Part shown: positions 1 through 10,733 of the stretch, in pieces
Position numbering within the stretch: position 1 is the first letter of the stretch
Layout of the letters: every line of letters starts with the position of its first letter
Source: Saprolegnia diclina VS20
Lineage: Eukaryota
DNA: 48,854 nt
Direction of reading: 5' to 3'
NCBI RefSeq assembly: GCF_000281045.1
Contig: NW_008246068.1
Location: forward strand, 1,427,628 to 1,476,481
Position numbers and translations under genes: made by a program
Notes under the pieces: model-generated
Told to the model about the DNA's origin: nothing
The model's database searches: none
Seen by the model: only the letters and a program-made list of their open reading frames with translations

Positions 1-285
1 CCCGTGTACGTCGTAAGCCACGGGTCCACAACGTCCCGGCCACGGTGCACCTACATATATGCAACCGTTCATCTCGCAAAGACAAGGGCAAAGAGGACGT
101 ACGCGGGCAAGGCGGCTCGTTTTTTGATTGCTCACGACTGAGACGACGGCCTCGGTCTGGGCCGCGATCGCGTTCTGGACCGTGTCCTGGCACGCCGCCT
201 GGCCGACTGCAATGATGTTTTCAAAGTCCTCGGGCGACAGCGGCGGGCACCGAAAGTGGTTGAGCGGCAGTGGCAGCGATGACAT
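1..285 (-). CDS. 5' part of a probable oomycete START-like(/FYVE) family protein, truncated by the window edge
   Basis: ATG at 285 gives MSSLPLPLNHFRCPPLSPEDFENIIAVGQAACQDTV...SRLAR, then a GT-AG intron 51-102 (52 nt), then VHRGRDVVDPWLTTYTG. The LPLP..F.CPPL N-terminus is typical of oomycete START-like/FYVE proteins (recalled). The FYVE domain itself is not visible in the window. Confidence 0.6.
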   Translation of the reverse strand, partial: MSSLPLPLNHFRCPPLSPEDFENIIAVGQAACQDTVQNAIAAQTEAVVSVVSNQKTSRLARVRPLCPCLCEMNGCIYVGAPWPGRCGPVAYDVHG

Positions 286-1515
286 GGTTGCAGGTGCAAA
301 CTCGAAATGAGCGCATCAACAACTTTGCACGATTACCCTTCGGCCGAGAGACGCACCGAAATCGAAGTTCGAAGACGACATTTGTCCACACCTGCGCATA
401 GAACTGACTGCAAGTTGCCTTTCACGATCCAGTGGCGTACACGGGCCTGCGCTTGGCCCGGCGCGCTCGTCCGCGAGGGAAACGCCTCCAGGAGAGATGC
501 TGACGGAGGGCGCGTGTGCGTCGGACAGACTGCGCCGGAGGCTGACGTCGGCGGATCAGGGTTGGAACTGCACTGACAAGTACTGTCGCAAGCTGAGGGG
601 GATGGGCGCCCGACCGACATGACATCGATCACCACACAATAATAATGCGAGCTCGAGGCTATGGTAGAGGCGTCGCAAGGAATGGGTTGCTTGTGCGTCG
701 CAGGGAGTCACAGGGAGCCAAAGTGCGACCTCTTTCTATGTGAAGAACCACCGGGAGCTTGGCTGCACTTCGACTGCAGCATCATAGGTGGCTCTGTTCT
801 GCAAACAAATATGATGGAACAGCGACGTAATAAGAGAGGTGTATCTATGGTCGTTGGTTGCGTGCCAAACAACGAGCCAAACAAGGTGCCAAACACCGAC
901 GCGCCGTCATCGGTTCAAGTTTCCATTGGGTTGTGCCAAGAAGACGGATGCACTTACCCATTGCAGCGCGCGTGGACCGCAGCAATGACAAGTTGACCCA
1001 ACTCGGCTGCGAAAACGGGACGACGAGTCCTATGCGGTTTCCGACTGAGTGCATGCCCCAGACCATGTTTGAACAGTTCCGCAATGTTGATGCGTTGCGC
1101 GCCAGAATAAATGCACCATTGCGTGGGAGGGTATTGTATTACCTGTTGGTAGTGCGGGAGCTGAGCGGGGCAGAGATTCTTCGAGGCAGCATCCAGGTAG
1201 GATTGCTTCAATCTCAACGTACGCGAATCGTCATGCTGGCTCAATTTTCCCATCGGCCCTTTTTTCCTTGGCAAACGCAGACAATGTCGGTACCTTGCCG
1301 CGCAGTATCAAGTGAAAAGTATCAAGTGGACGAGTCGAGTTTAACGCGTCAAAAGAAAGAGCCACTGGCGCCAATCTTCGTGTTCAACCAGACGGTCTCA
1401 AGGTGCTCGGATTGGTTATAAATAGCCGATATTTATCCAATCCGATGCCGAATAAATCGAAGTTAGAGGCCCGTTACATAGAGGAGCGGGCCAGAAGAAG
1501 AAAAGCCCGGCGAGC

Positions 1516-2070
1516 ATGAAGAAGCGCGTGGCTTTTGGCATCGTGGAAGAGTTCACGTTCGCCGTAGCGCATGCGTGCTGTGGTGTACCTAGCGACGGCG
1601 GTGGCATCGGCCTCCATGGCCGCCACCTTGCCTACCAGTCCTACGACGTTCCGCGCCAGTCGGCGCGCCGGCCGCTTCGGCGGCTCTCGCATATGGAGCG
1701 CGTCCAGTGCGTCCGCCTCGACATGATCGACGGTGTCTGGACATCGCGACGCCCGTACTTTGACGAACTCATGCAGCTCTATGAGCTCGAGATGCGCGAG
1801 CTCGCCGAGTGCACGCGCATCCGGCGCCAGCGTGCCGAGACGAACGCGGTCGACGTCGATTACTGCTGCCAGCCTAAAGTCCCGGGCACCGAGCATGTCC
1901 CCATGTGGTTCGTTCATATCGATGCGATTGTGGATAGCCCGTATCGGAAGAGCCTCCAAGAGCTTCTCTCGCTGCCATTGAAAAAGCGCATGAGCCGCGA
2001 CGCGGTGCCGTGCACGCCCGCCAAGGCGCGCCGCGCCGCACTCGTTCTTGAGCGGCGCCACGCGCGCTAG
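1516..2070 (+). CDS. CSRNP-N-like (cysteine/serine-rich nuclear protein N-terminal domain-like) protein, 184 aa
   Basis: Intronless ORF. KKRVAF..V..F.F......VPSDGG.IGL..RH and the later E.REL....R..R resemble the CSRNP/AXUD1 N-terminal motif as recalled (RVxF..V.VYYF.R.QG..SVPS.GG..LGM..RH). Confidence 0.6.
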   Translation: MKKRVAFGIVEEFTFAVAHACCGVPSDGGGIGLHGRHLAYQSYDVPRQSARRPLRRLSHMERVQCVRLDMIDGVWTSRRPYFDELMQLYELEMRELAECTRIRRQRAETNAVDVDYCCQPKVPGTEHVPMWFVHIDAIVDSPYRKSLQELLSLPLKKRMSRDAVPCTPAKARRAALVLERRHAR

Positions 2071-2658
2071 TCCATCGGCAGCTGCCCGATATGCATTTCG
2101 CCCGTCCGGATGACAGGCGCGCTTTACTTATTAGCCTCTCTGTCTCGTAGTCGTAGTAATTTTGATCGAAAGTGTTTTGTGTCCACGCGTTTTGAGTCTA
2201 GTGCCCTAAAACTCCACGGTTTGGTCGAGCTGACGGCGCGAGCCTGGCGACACCCAGCACAACTCCAGCACGCAGCTGCTGGTGCCACGACACAGATGCG
2301 TACCACGACTAGAATCTGGTCGTGTCCTAATCTGGTTCTGCAGCGTGACCAGCGACACAAGTCCTTGGAGCGGATGTCAGGCTGGGAACCGCGTCTATAG
2401 CCCTCGCGGTGACGCAGACATACCGCGTAGCCTCGCGCCACGGAAATCTCCTTGCCTCGCGCGATGTTGTCAGCTTGGCACCAGGATCTACAGTGTATTG
2501 CGATACGTGTGGCGACGACGGGCGGTGCAGCAGATGTCTTCGTCGCTTCTGATGCGCTATCAATGAAGAAGAGCGGTCGCGGGTGAAGTTCCGAGGTTGT
2601 CGTGCCTCCGAGCGTCGATTTGCCATTTCCCAAGTCCCCTCCAAGTCCTCAAACCATC

Positions 2659-4095
2659 ATGGTGAGCCTCACGCCGTCGTCGACGACAGACCTCTTTGCG
2701 CTCCTCACGGCGCTGCGCCGCCACTTGCACAAGCACGCCGAGGTGACGTGGCAAGAGTTCCAGACGCAGGCGACGATCCAGACCTACTTGGTCGAGCACG
2801 CCGGCATTGCACCCGAAGACATCCACGTCTGCGCAACGACAGGTAGTATACTAGCCTTCTACACTTCGTACAACAACAACTGTGAACAGGGTTGGTGGTC
2901 AATATCTTTGGGCCAACGACCTCGGACGAGGCGGCGCCGCCGGGGCTGCGATGCGTCGCGTTCCGAGGCGACACGGACGCGCTGCCCATGACAGAGCGCA
3001 ACCCGCACCTCGAGTACGCCTCGTCGAACACCGGTGCGGCGCACATGTGCGGCCACGACGGCCACGTCGCGTCGCTCGTGGGCTTTGCGATCGTCTTGCA
3101 GCGCGTGCGCCACTTGCTGCCGCCCAACACGAGCGTTCGCCTCCTCTTCCAGCCCGCAGAAGAGGGCGGCTTTGGTATTCCCGCGCTCTCTTCGGCGCTA
3201 CGTTCTCATGCGCCAGATGATAGGCGCCGTCAAGATGATTGAGGACGGGTGCCTCGACGGCGTCGACGAGGTCTACGGCTACCACAACGGTCCGTTCCCG
3301 CTCAACACGGTGAGCGTCCGTGCCGGCCCGATGATGGCCCACGCCGCTTTCTTCAGCATTACAGTCTCGGGGCCCGGTGGCCACGGGTCGGCGCCGCACC
3401 AAACGCAGGACCCGGTGCTCGCGGCGGGCCATATCATCGTTGCTGTCCAAAGCATCATGAGCCGAAGCGTCGCTGCGCAGGAGAGCGCGGTCATCTCGAT
3501 CACACAGGTCCACGGCGGCGAAGCCGACAACGTCATTCCTTCGCGCGTCACGCTCTCGGGCACGATCCGCGACTTTAGCCCCGATGTGTTTGACATCATC
3601 ACGGCGCGCTTGACGGCGATCGCGACGCACACGGCGGCCGCGTACGGGACGACCGCGACCGTCGACGTGCGCGACTGCTACCCCGTGACCGTCAACGCGC
3701 ACGCGCAGGCGAGCATCGTCGCCGACATTGTCGCGTCCACGGTCCGACATTCTTGCGTTTGCTGTTCGTGCTCATGCAAGGTGGTGTAGTATGGATCCGA
3801 CAAAGTGTCGTCGCTCGGGCTGCCCGTCATGGGCTCGGAAGACTTTTCGTACTACCTGCAAAAGATCCCGGGCGCCTTTTACTTCGTCGGTACGAACGAA
3901 GGCGACGCGGCCGAGACGCTCCCGGCCATTGCGCCCTGCAGCCGCCAGAACCGCAACCCGCACAGCGACACGTACGACTTTAACGACGCAATTCTTCCGC
4001 TGACGCTCCGCCTCTTCCTCGAAATTGCGCAGCACCGCCTCGGCTGCACGCTCTACTCCAAGGAGGACTTGAACCTTATCTCCAAGGCGGCCTAG
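2659..4095 (+). CDS. M20 family amidohydrolase (M20D / Acy1-like), 4 exons
   Basis: Motifs RRHLHKHAE, RGDTDALP, HMCGHDGH, FQPAEEG, YGYHN, GGHGS, MGSEDF and PH. GT-AG introns 2843-2889, 3175-3223 and 3742-3789 join the frames. Confidence 0.93.
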
Positions 4096-4296
4096 GACTC
4101 AATACATATCTACTTCGTATCTGTGGTCGTGACGATAAGTACGAACGCTTGATTTGGTGCGACCACCATGCCTGCCGCACAGGTGGTGGTACGAGGCTGG
4201 GGTCGGTGAGCTGCTGCGCCAAAGCCAGACGATGACAAGGTTGTACACAGGCGCGGACAGAGCAACTTTATTCAAACGAAAGTGTGAGCGCTACGT

Positions 4297-5331
4297 CTAG
4301 TCGTTCTTGCGGTTGCTAGCATCCGTGAGGAACTTGGCGTAGAGCAAACTGTCGCGGTTGGCGTCCATGCCGCACAAGACCGAGATCGCGAGGAACGTGA
4401 CGACGGCCAAGATGACCGCGGTCCAGAGAATGATCTGGTACTCGGCAATGTTCTCGATCGTAAGCGGCGCAGCGGCCGTCTTGTCGGCCACCGTCGCGTT
4501 GGCGCTCAGGCTCAGCTGGCGGGCGAGAGCGACCGAGGCCGAGAGCTCCACCATGTCAATCTTCATCTTCTGCGAGAGCGTCAGCACTTGCAGACCCGCA
4601 TTTATGTAATGCTCCTTGAGCGCCTTCTGCAGGTCCTGGACCGTCGAGGCGACGACGGCCTTGGCCGCGTCCTGCTTCTCAGCTGCAAGGCCGCTCAAGT
4701 CCGAGATCGAAGCGACGTAGAGACCCTGCACGCTCTTGTCGGCGTTCTTGATCGAATCGATCACAAGCTTCAAGTTGGTGAGCTCGCGCACCACGAGCTG
4801 GTCGGCAGTGTTCGCCGACTGCAACGCCGGAAGGGCCGACCAGAGCGACGCCTCCACGGTCGCCGCGTTCGTCGTCGAGAGCGCGTCCGTAAACTGCTTG
4901 TCGACGCTGCCGCAGACACTGTCGCCAACGCAAACGACGACGTTCTTGGCATTCTTGCCCTTCACGCCCTGCGCCAAGACGCTCACGAGGTGCGGGAGCT
5001 GCCCCGTCGACGCCTCCTGCAGATCCATCGTCTTTTGGAAAGCGTAGTCGGCCTTCTCGGGGGCGAAGCCTTCGCCGGCGCCCTCGACGACGACAAAGCC
5101 GTAGCCGGCCGTGTGCTTGAAGAGGTCGGCCGAGACCGCGAGCGGCTCCACAGGCACGACGGCCTCGGGCAGCGCGAGCGACTCCATGGCATGGCGGGTC
5201 AGCGAGAGGACGTCGGCCTTTCCCGAGCGGCCTTCCGCGCCCTTGACGAGGTTGGGCGCGCTGTACTTGACGACGACGTCCGAGGACGCGACGAGGGCCG
5301 CGATGGCCGACAGGATCACAAACGCCTTCAT
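4297..5331 (-). CDS. ATP6AP2: V-ATPase accessory protein 2 / (pro)renin-receptor-like type I membrane protein
   Basis: Signal peptide MKAFVILSAIAALVAS. The C-terminal YQIILWTAVILAVVTFLAISVLCGMDANRDSLLY matches the renin-receptor TM plus MD...DSxxY tail. Confidence 0.85.
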   Translation of the reverse strand: MKAFVILSAIAALVASSDVVVKYSAPNLVKGAEGRSGKADVLSLTRHAMESLALPEAVVPVEPLAVSADLFKHTAGYGFVVVEGAGEGFAPEKADYAFQKTMDLQEASTGQLPHLVSVLAQGVKGKNAKNVVVCVGDSVCGSVDKQFTDALSTTNAATVEASLWSALPALQSANTADQLVVRELTNLKLVIDSIKNADKSVQGLYVASISDLSGLAAEKQDAAKAVVASTVQDLQKALKEHYINAGLQVLTLSQKMKIDMVELSASVALARQLSLSANATVADKTAAAPLTIENIAEYQIILWTAVILAVVTFLAISVLCGMDANRDSLLYAKFLTDASNRKND

Positions 5332-5719
5332 CGCAGTATACAACCCAAATGACTAGAGAAACTCCCCTTGAAGAGGGCGTCCGGATACGACGACCCTCCT
5401 TTGGAAGCGCATCCGGATGATGTTATAACACATCCGAAACACCCAAAGCCCGTGCAACGGTCGCATTCATGCGCGCGCAACGACCCATCAACGTCATGCG
5501 ATAGAAACCACCACACGCTATGGCGTTCAAGCGTCGTGGACAAAGGCTATCGTCGAAAAAAGAGGTCGTGAGTGGGCTGGGCAGTGTTACAAAAGTGTTA
5601 GGTCTGCGACGGCCCCGCTGTATTGCGTGGCTGCAACACCGCACCCGGTAGGTTAGAAGTTGGGTGATAGTGTTATAACGACGGGCGTGAAACCGCTTCC
5701 ATCTTGCCAGACGAAGGTG

Positions 5720-6061
5720 ATGATGATGGACGGTCAAGCGAACGACGTCGACGACCGCCAAGCCGCCGTCGACGAGGCCTTCGCCCAAGCCTGCGCCCGC
5801 GCCAGCGAGGTACCGACCTCGTGTGACGAAGCCTCACGGGCGTAGCGAGCGCATCTGGAACTCGCGCGCTTGGACGCGCAACGCCAGCGTACGCGCAGCC
5901 AGCTTGGCGTTTCGGCTGCCACCATGGAGCAGGTAAGTCTTGCCGCTCTAAGCTTACCTCGTGAGCCGCCAGCTAACGTGGTGTGGCAGTGGACGCGCGA
6001 GCATCAGCTACTCCTGGAACGTGGTGAGCTTGCTCCTGCCAGCCTGAACGAACGCCCGTAA
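5720..6061 (+). CDS. Small hypothetical helical protein (~82 aa), 3 exons
   Basis: ATG 5720; introns 5810-5845 (GTACC..TAG, removes a stop) and 5933-5989 (GTAAGT..CTAAC..CAG). Product MMMDGQANDVDDRQAAVDEAFAQACARASE-RAHLELARLDAQRQRTRSQLGVSAATMEQ-WTREHQLLLERGELAPASLNERP. Confidence 0.5.
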
Positions 6062-6156
6062 AAATGGACGACAGATGCAGTATATTGAAGAGTCCGTCAC
6101 TACACATGCAACTACAGTATACACGTAGGCGACAGGGCCCGCTTCTATATCGTTCT

Positions 6157-7523
6157 CTACTTGGCCTCTTCATGGAGCAAGGCAGCGAGGCGGCTCACGG
6201 CGAGATCCATCTCTTCGTGCGACGCGGTCGAGTACGCAGCGCGCACATACGGCGTGACTTGGTTGTCCGGGAGGAACACCTGGCCGGGCACGAGGAGGAC
6301 CTTGGCGGCGACGGCCTTTTGCTCAATGAGCGCCTTCGAGTCCTTCACGCCATGCAGTTCGATCCAGACAAACATGCCGGCGTCCGGCGCGTGCCACGTC
6401 GCGAGGCCCGTCAAGTGCTTGTCGAGCGCCTTGAGGAATGCGTCGCGCTGTCCGCGGTAAAAGTCGCAGACCATTTCCAAGTGCGCTTCCCAGCCGGCAG
6501 CGCCCCATTGTTTGAGGAGGGCGAGGACAACGGCTTGCGAGAGACCGCTGCTGTGGAGGTTGGCCGACTGCGTGTGGAGGTTGAGTCGCTCGACAAGCGG
6601 CGCCGGGCCATAGACCGTGCCCACGCGAAGACCGGACGAAAGGATCTTGGAGAACGAGTCGAACCGGAGCACGCGCCCGTCCACGTCCATAGACAAGAAG
6701 GACTACCATATAGTGAGTGAGCTTCTCCAAGTGGTCATGCATCAGGAAACGCACCTTGACACGCGGACCGTCGAGCTTGAGGTAGTAGTACGGGTCGTCT
6801 TCGAGGATGATGAGACCGTGCTTTTGCGCAATCTCGTATACGCGCTGCTTGCGCACATAGGACATGCTGACGCCAGTGGGGTTGCCGCCCGTCGGGATGG
6901 TGTAGAGCACCTTGGGCTTCTTCTTGGACGCCGGCCAGCTGTCGAGCGTGGCGGCCAAATGGTCCGGCACGAGACCCTCGCGGTCCGTGTCGATGCACAC
7001 AAGGTCGCAGTTAACCGCGTGCAGATGCGCGAGCGTGCCCGAGTACGTCGGCTTCTCAATGAGAAGCGCGTCGTTTTCGCCGAGGAGCATCTCAAACGCC
7101 TTGTAAAGCGCATCTTGGCTACCCGTCGTCACCGAAAGCACACGGGCCGGTCCTCGCGGCGAATGCTCTTGCTCCATCATGCCCGAGATCGTCTTGACGA
7201 GCTCCGGGATCCCTGGTGTCGGTGAATACTGCAGCGCTGCCTCGAGCGCGGCGCCACGAAGATCCATGGTCTCCCCCGACTTGAGCTTGACCGACATGGA
7301 CTCAAACGGGAAGGTTGACGGGTTGGGCATGCCCCTACATTATAATGCGTCATGCGCCGCCAGTTCGAATGTCGACGTACCCGCCCAAGGAGATCATGCC
7401 AGGCAGCGAGACCATCGGCTGCAGCGACCGGATCGCCGACGGCTGCCGACGCAGCGACTTGGCCGTGAAGTACGACTCGTAGTGCAGCGACCGGATCAAG
7501 CGGGAACCCTGGCGAGCTTGCAT
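6157..7523 (-). CDS. AADAT: Kynurenine/alpha-aminoadipate aminotransferase (PLP class I), 3 exons
   Basis: Motifs RQPSAIRSL, MISLGGGMPNP, ALQYSPTPG, GSQDAL, GGNPTG, EDDPYY and DSFSKILSSGLRVG (PLP lysine). Introns 7335-7380 and 6703-6754. The Arg/Ser-rich N-terminus may be a mitochondrial presequence. Confidence 0.92.
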
Positions 7524-8050
7524 CGTCCAACCTGAAAAATGCCAAATGTGGCGTTTGTTGACGTTCCCGAACTTCAAGTTCGTCTCGAACGGCCGCCTCC
7601 CCTGGCCGTTCTGGCCTCTGAAGCGTCCTTCGCCCGCCTTCTGCCACGAGGTTGAGAGGCAGTCGGAGGCGCCATGGGTCAAGATGGGCCAAGACGTCTC
7701 ACGAGGTAGGCTTCAACGACCGCTGCTACGTCCCAGGGCGACGCTTATCATGTGCTGGCATCGCATGTCAACTTGGCGCTTGTCCACGCAAAGATCGCAT
7801 TGGCACTGCATGTGGCGTCGTCGGCGCGTCCATTCGACGTGTCCCAGGACCTTCTAATGGGGCTACTATGTCGAAGGTCTCTTAAAGCCGATCGCTAAGT
7901 TCTTATTCGTGTGCATCATCCAGCGTGTAGTGACCTGCAAGACTTGCCAGGAGGAGCTGCAGCTTCCGCATCGCAGCTGCTGGAGGCGGCAAAACCTCTT
8001 AGAATAGATGTTAAACCTCTTAAACTCCATATTTGCATCGGCGGCCGACC

Positions 8051-8968
8051 ATGATGGCCGCGATCATCCCTCCGTTCCGGTTCACGACGGTCGAGCATCA
8101 GCTGTACCGGGGCGCGTACCCGACGCTGCCCAACTTCCGATTCCTCCGGCGGCTCAGCCTCAAGACGATCGTGAGCCTGATCCCCGAGGAGCCGACGACC
8201 GACCTCGCCGCCTTCTGCGCCCACGAGGGCATTGCCCAGCACACGTTCCGCGTCGAAAAGTACTCGAGCGACTCGGTGACCGTGGCGCCGGCAACGGTGG
8301 CAGCCATTTTGCAGCTGCTTCTCACGAAGGACAACCTGCCGATGTACATCCACTGCCTCGACGGCGCCAACGTCGTGGGTATCGTCGTCATGGTGCTGCG
8401 GAAGCTCCAGAACTGGACCAAGCTCGCGACGCTCCAGGAGTTTTGCCGCTTCACGCGCGACCACAGCATCGAGAAGGACGAGAGCGAGTTTCTCTCGTCG
8501 TATGCGGCCGAGATCACGCTGCCGCCGTACAGCCAAGTGCCCCGATGGCTCTGGAACGGCGTGCGCATCCAGGCAAGTCGCTTCCTCCTCGCGGCGATAC
8601 TCAGCAATTAGCTATAGAAGCATCCGACGATGCTCATCAACACGCAGTACACAGCGCAGAACCCAAGTCAGTCGTACCTCCCCGTGCTCGAGGGCGAGCC
8701 GAATGCAGCGAGCACGGCCAACGCATCGGCACCTCAGCCCTTTGGCGACCGCAGCGACAACGCCCTGTACGTCTCTGCCTCACGTCATCGTTGCATGATT
8801 CATCCTCCTACTGTACGTAGCAGCGGCAGCGTCATGGATCTCTCCGAGAAGGTTGACGAAGGATTGCCGGATGACACCGACGACGTGGACATGCTCCTCG
8901 ACGAGTCAGCGTCCGAAGTGGTCGTCGTGCCACGGTCCCTCCTTGCGTTGGACCTGGCGGGTCTGTAG
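8051..8968 (+). CDS. Siw14/Oca-family (Oca6-like) tyrosine-phosphatase-fold protein, probably catalytically inactive
   Basis: PPFRFTTVEHQLYRGAYPTLPNFRFLRRLSLKTIVSL and IHCLDGANVVGIVVMVLRKLQNW. Intron 8573-8617 (GC-AG) and a probable in-frame intron 8767-8820. Confidence 0.85.
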
Positions 8969-9029
8969 GATGTTGAAGAGAAGCACAATCTTTCCCTTTT
9001 GGACGTTATGAATAAATAGGACAGATAGA

Positions 9030-10733
9030 CTAGGCAGGGAGCGCCTTGACGTGCTCGACGGCCGCCACAAAGTTGGTGAAGTAGTAGCCGACCTTGCCGC
9101 CAGCGTCTTCCTGCGCGTCACAAATAAGACTCAGCAATTCCTTCGTTGCCAAGGGCGTCGCGAGGAGGCTCGAGACGACGACGTAAATGTAGATCGGGAC
9201 AAAATCGTCTGCCGAGAGCGAGACGCCGCGGATGCTGCGGCTCGAGCAAATGAAGTCGTCGCTGTTGGCCTCCACCACGCTTTGGAAGATGGCGGTCGCC
9301 GAGTTCATGATGCACTTGAGCTTGTCGGAGGGCAGTGTGCACATGTCCATGGCCTGGAGCTCAAGGCGCGCGTGGTGCCAGTCGTCGCCCGAGAGGTTGG
9401 CCTTGACGCCGAACGCTGTCTGTGGCTTCTTGGCCAGCGTCCGCATCTTGCGCAGCATCTCTTCTTCGTTGGCTTCCGACACGAGCGCGCGGACGCACTC
9501 GGTGATGTGGTCTTCCAAGGCGACAAAGATGCGCTTCTGCAGGTGGCAGCTCACGTCGCGCCGGACGTGCACGACGAGGTCGTCGTACGTGTCGAGGTCG
9601 TTGGCATCGAGGTGCGCTTTCGTCTCGGCGAGGAACGCGTGGATGTCGTCGTGGCCGAGCACCGTGCGCTGCATCTCGCGGAGCTTTTCCTTGATGCAGT
9701 CGAGGAGGAGGCCCGCGTGGTCCTTGGAGATGCACGTGGTTTGCGCCGACGACCGCTTCTGCAGCAGCGTCGACTTGACCGGCGCAAAGTAAAATGGGGA
9801 TGCTTTCGCAACAAAGTCGGCGACAAAATCGTCGCACGCGCCCTCGAACGTCTCGACGACCGACGCGACCTTTGCGTGGATCTGGCCGACGGGCGGACCC
9901 TTCTCGCCGTGGACGAGGCACGCTGACGAGAGCGTGTGGGGCAAGGGGCGGCTGTACGGCACGCGCGGCGTGTCGCTCGAGCCAATGCCAATGAAGGCGT
10001 GGAGGAGGTTGAGGACCTCTTGCCGCTGCGGCCCGAGCGGCGTCGGCGCCACCACGGACGCGATCTGCCGCAGGAACGAGTCCATGATGACCATGCGCTG
10101 GCGCGTAATCGACTTTTTGGACTGCAGCTGGAAGAGCCGCTTGGGCACGCGGCACTTGCGCAACGAGTGCATCGTGCCCCAGAACGGCACGTCGATGGGT
10201 GACATGGAGACGGCCTTGATCTGCTTGTAGAGGCCGTGGAGCTCCTTGTACGACTTGTGCACGGTCCACGAGTTGCACGCGTCTTCGGCGCGGATCGTGT
10301 AGAGGATCTGACCGCCGATCGTGGCGGTGCTCACGACCCGCACGTCCAAGGCCGGGGTTTGGAGGTACGAGTAGTCCATACTCGAGCTCAAGTCGGAGAG
10401 GCAGCGCTCCTTGGCGGAGAAGGAGCCGCAGCTGCAGGATGACGTCGTGCTCGACATCGAGTACGTCTTGGCGCGGCGGCGCTCTTCACGCGGCGACGCG
10501 AGCGACGCCACGACTTGGTCGCCCTCGGCGATGACTTCATCGAGGAAGACTGTGCCGTGGATGAGCTCTTCCATCGTCTCGGTCTCGAGCCACGCGTCAT
10601 GGTAGTTGTTTTCATCCGACGACTCGGTCGTGTCCGTGCCCGTGCTGAGGCTGCTCAGGCGCAGGAGCTCGTCCATCGTCGTCGGCTCTTCGCCGTTGGC
10701 CGCGTCGAGCAGCCCTTCGTCGTCCGGCGACAT
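9030..10733 (-). CDS. PX-like + VPS9 domain protein (putative Rab5-family GEF)
   Basis: PX-like segment ILYTIRAED..SWTVHKSYKELHGLY...VPKR...QRMVIMDSFLRQI. VPS9 segment PSDKLKCI...LSADDFVPIYIYVV...GKVGYYFTNFVAAVEHV. First ATG is at 10766; 10733 chosen as the likely start. Confidence 0.85.
   Translation of the reverse strand: MSPDDEGLLDAANGEEPTTMDELLRLSSLSTGTDTTESSDENNYHDAWLETETMEELIHGTVFLDEVIAEGDQVVASLASPREERRRAKTYSMSSTTSSCSCGSFSAKERCLSDLSSSMDYSYLQTPALDVRVVSTATIGGQILYTIRAEDACNSWTVHKSYKELHGLYKQIKAVSMSPIDVPFWGTMHSLRKCRVPKRLFQLQSKKSITRQRMVIMDSFLRQIASVVAPTPLGPQRQEVLNLLHAFIGIGSSDTPRVPYSRPLPHTLSSACLVHGEKGPPVGQIHAKVASVVETFEGACDDFVADFVAKASPFYFAPVKSTLLQKRSSAQTTCISKDHAGLLLDCIKEKLREMQRTVLGHDDIHAFLAETKAHLDANDLDTYDDLVVHVRRDVSCHLQKRIFVALEDHITECVRALVSEANEEEMLRKMRTLAKKPQTAFGVKANLSGDDWHHARLELQAMDMCTLPSDKLKCIMNSATAIFQSVVEANSDDFICSSRSIRGVSLSADDFVPIYIYVVVSSLLATPLATKELLSLICDAQEDAGGKVGYYFTNFVAAVEHVKALPA

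Noticed and set aside
862..898. Three copies of gccaaaca with a 12-nt period
   Set aside because: Short degenerate minisatellite with no associated feature; not CRISPR-like.
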